A stretch of DNA of 64,000 nt from assembly GCF_009914755.1 (NCBI RefSeq), contig NC_060933.1; one strand, given 5' to 3'. The position numbers and the translations under genes were made by a program. Below are positions 63,305-64,000 of this stretch, in pieces (positions within the stretch are counted from its first letter, which is position 1; the number at the start of each line of letters is the position of its first letter). The notes under the pieces are model-generated. The model was not told the DNA's origin. It did not search any database and worked only from the letters and a program-made list of their open reading frames with translations. Origin of the DNA: the human T2T-CHM13v2.0 reference genome, Homo sapiens.

Positions 63305-63837
63305 TGACAGGGACAAAAAAAACTTTCCTTTAACCTCTTAGGTTTAGCACCTGGGGGCCTGCAAATTAGACTAACAAAAGAAATATTTACAGAAAAAAGT
63401 CACACAATTTTTATTGATATCTTATGTGCACATGAATTCAGAGAAAATAAGTGAAACCCAAATAAGTAGCTAGTCTCAGGGATGATACACCATTTTAACA
63501 AAGGGGATTTGGGCTTCAATAGGTGATAAATTGTGGGGAAGTGACTAGAGGGAAAGTAAAATGGAGGGAAACTAACATAAGGATCATTTTAGTAAGGTTT
63601 GTTTATGCAGGCTCATCTCATTGCCAACTCTTCATCTCTGATGATAAGAGTTACTCTCTTTCTGGTACAGGAAAAGAAGAAACAACTTCACAAAGGGAAA
63701 TTAATGTCCTGCTTTTAGGCAGAAAGGGAGAGAGCAGAGAACTCTTCCTTCATATATTGATTTTCAATTGCCTTCAGCTCAACATAATCCTTATGCCAAA
63801 GTGGCATATCTCGGGGTGACATATCCTGATTCCCTCA
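63305..63837 (-). mobile_element. ERV1-class solo LTR (MER67/MER31 group)
   Basis: Antisense terminus aattgccttcagctcaacataatccttatgccaaagtggcatat...catatcctgattccctca. Confidence 0.7.
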
Positions 63838-64000
63838 AAAATCTTTCTAAAAAATATACCCATGTGAAAAAAAATTTAATTTTTTCCTAAAAGCAAATGC
63901 AACCCTAAGAATGCCAATTAATACATTATACAATAATATAGATAAACTCTGATTGCTCACTTCTTTATTTTCCTAGAAGCCATATTGGAAAATAGGAAGA

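Overview
AT-rich, CpG-depleted primate genomic DNA (human-like, judged from AluY, L1PA, MLT2A and MST elements). It looks like a gene desert or deep intron. I found no credible host protein-coding exon, RNA gene or CRISPR array, and every long ORF comes from a transposon. Roughly 55-60% (by eye) is a layered fossil record of mobile elements: two young L1PA copies, several old L1M copies, about 12 Alus, a near full-length Tigger4/Zombi DNA transposon, MER45/MER102/MER63 hAT elements, MaLR LTRs, and two class III ERVs. One ERV is an MLT2A/HERV-L provirus with a large internal deletion; the other has a MER77/MER68-like LTR, a decayed pol and a ~2 kb env-positioned region. The most notable sequence-level observations are (i) a 44-bp templated insertion copied from 2.2 kb away with a 16-bp duplication and junction microhomologies, (ii) the env-like region in an ERV-L-class element, (iii) an L1 3' transduction, (iv) a twin-primed L1MA and (v) a microhomology-joined gag-RT deletion in HERV-L. 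Subfamily names come from remembered consensus motifs, not from alignments, and boundaries of old repeats are approximate. I found no convincing wholly new biological system.
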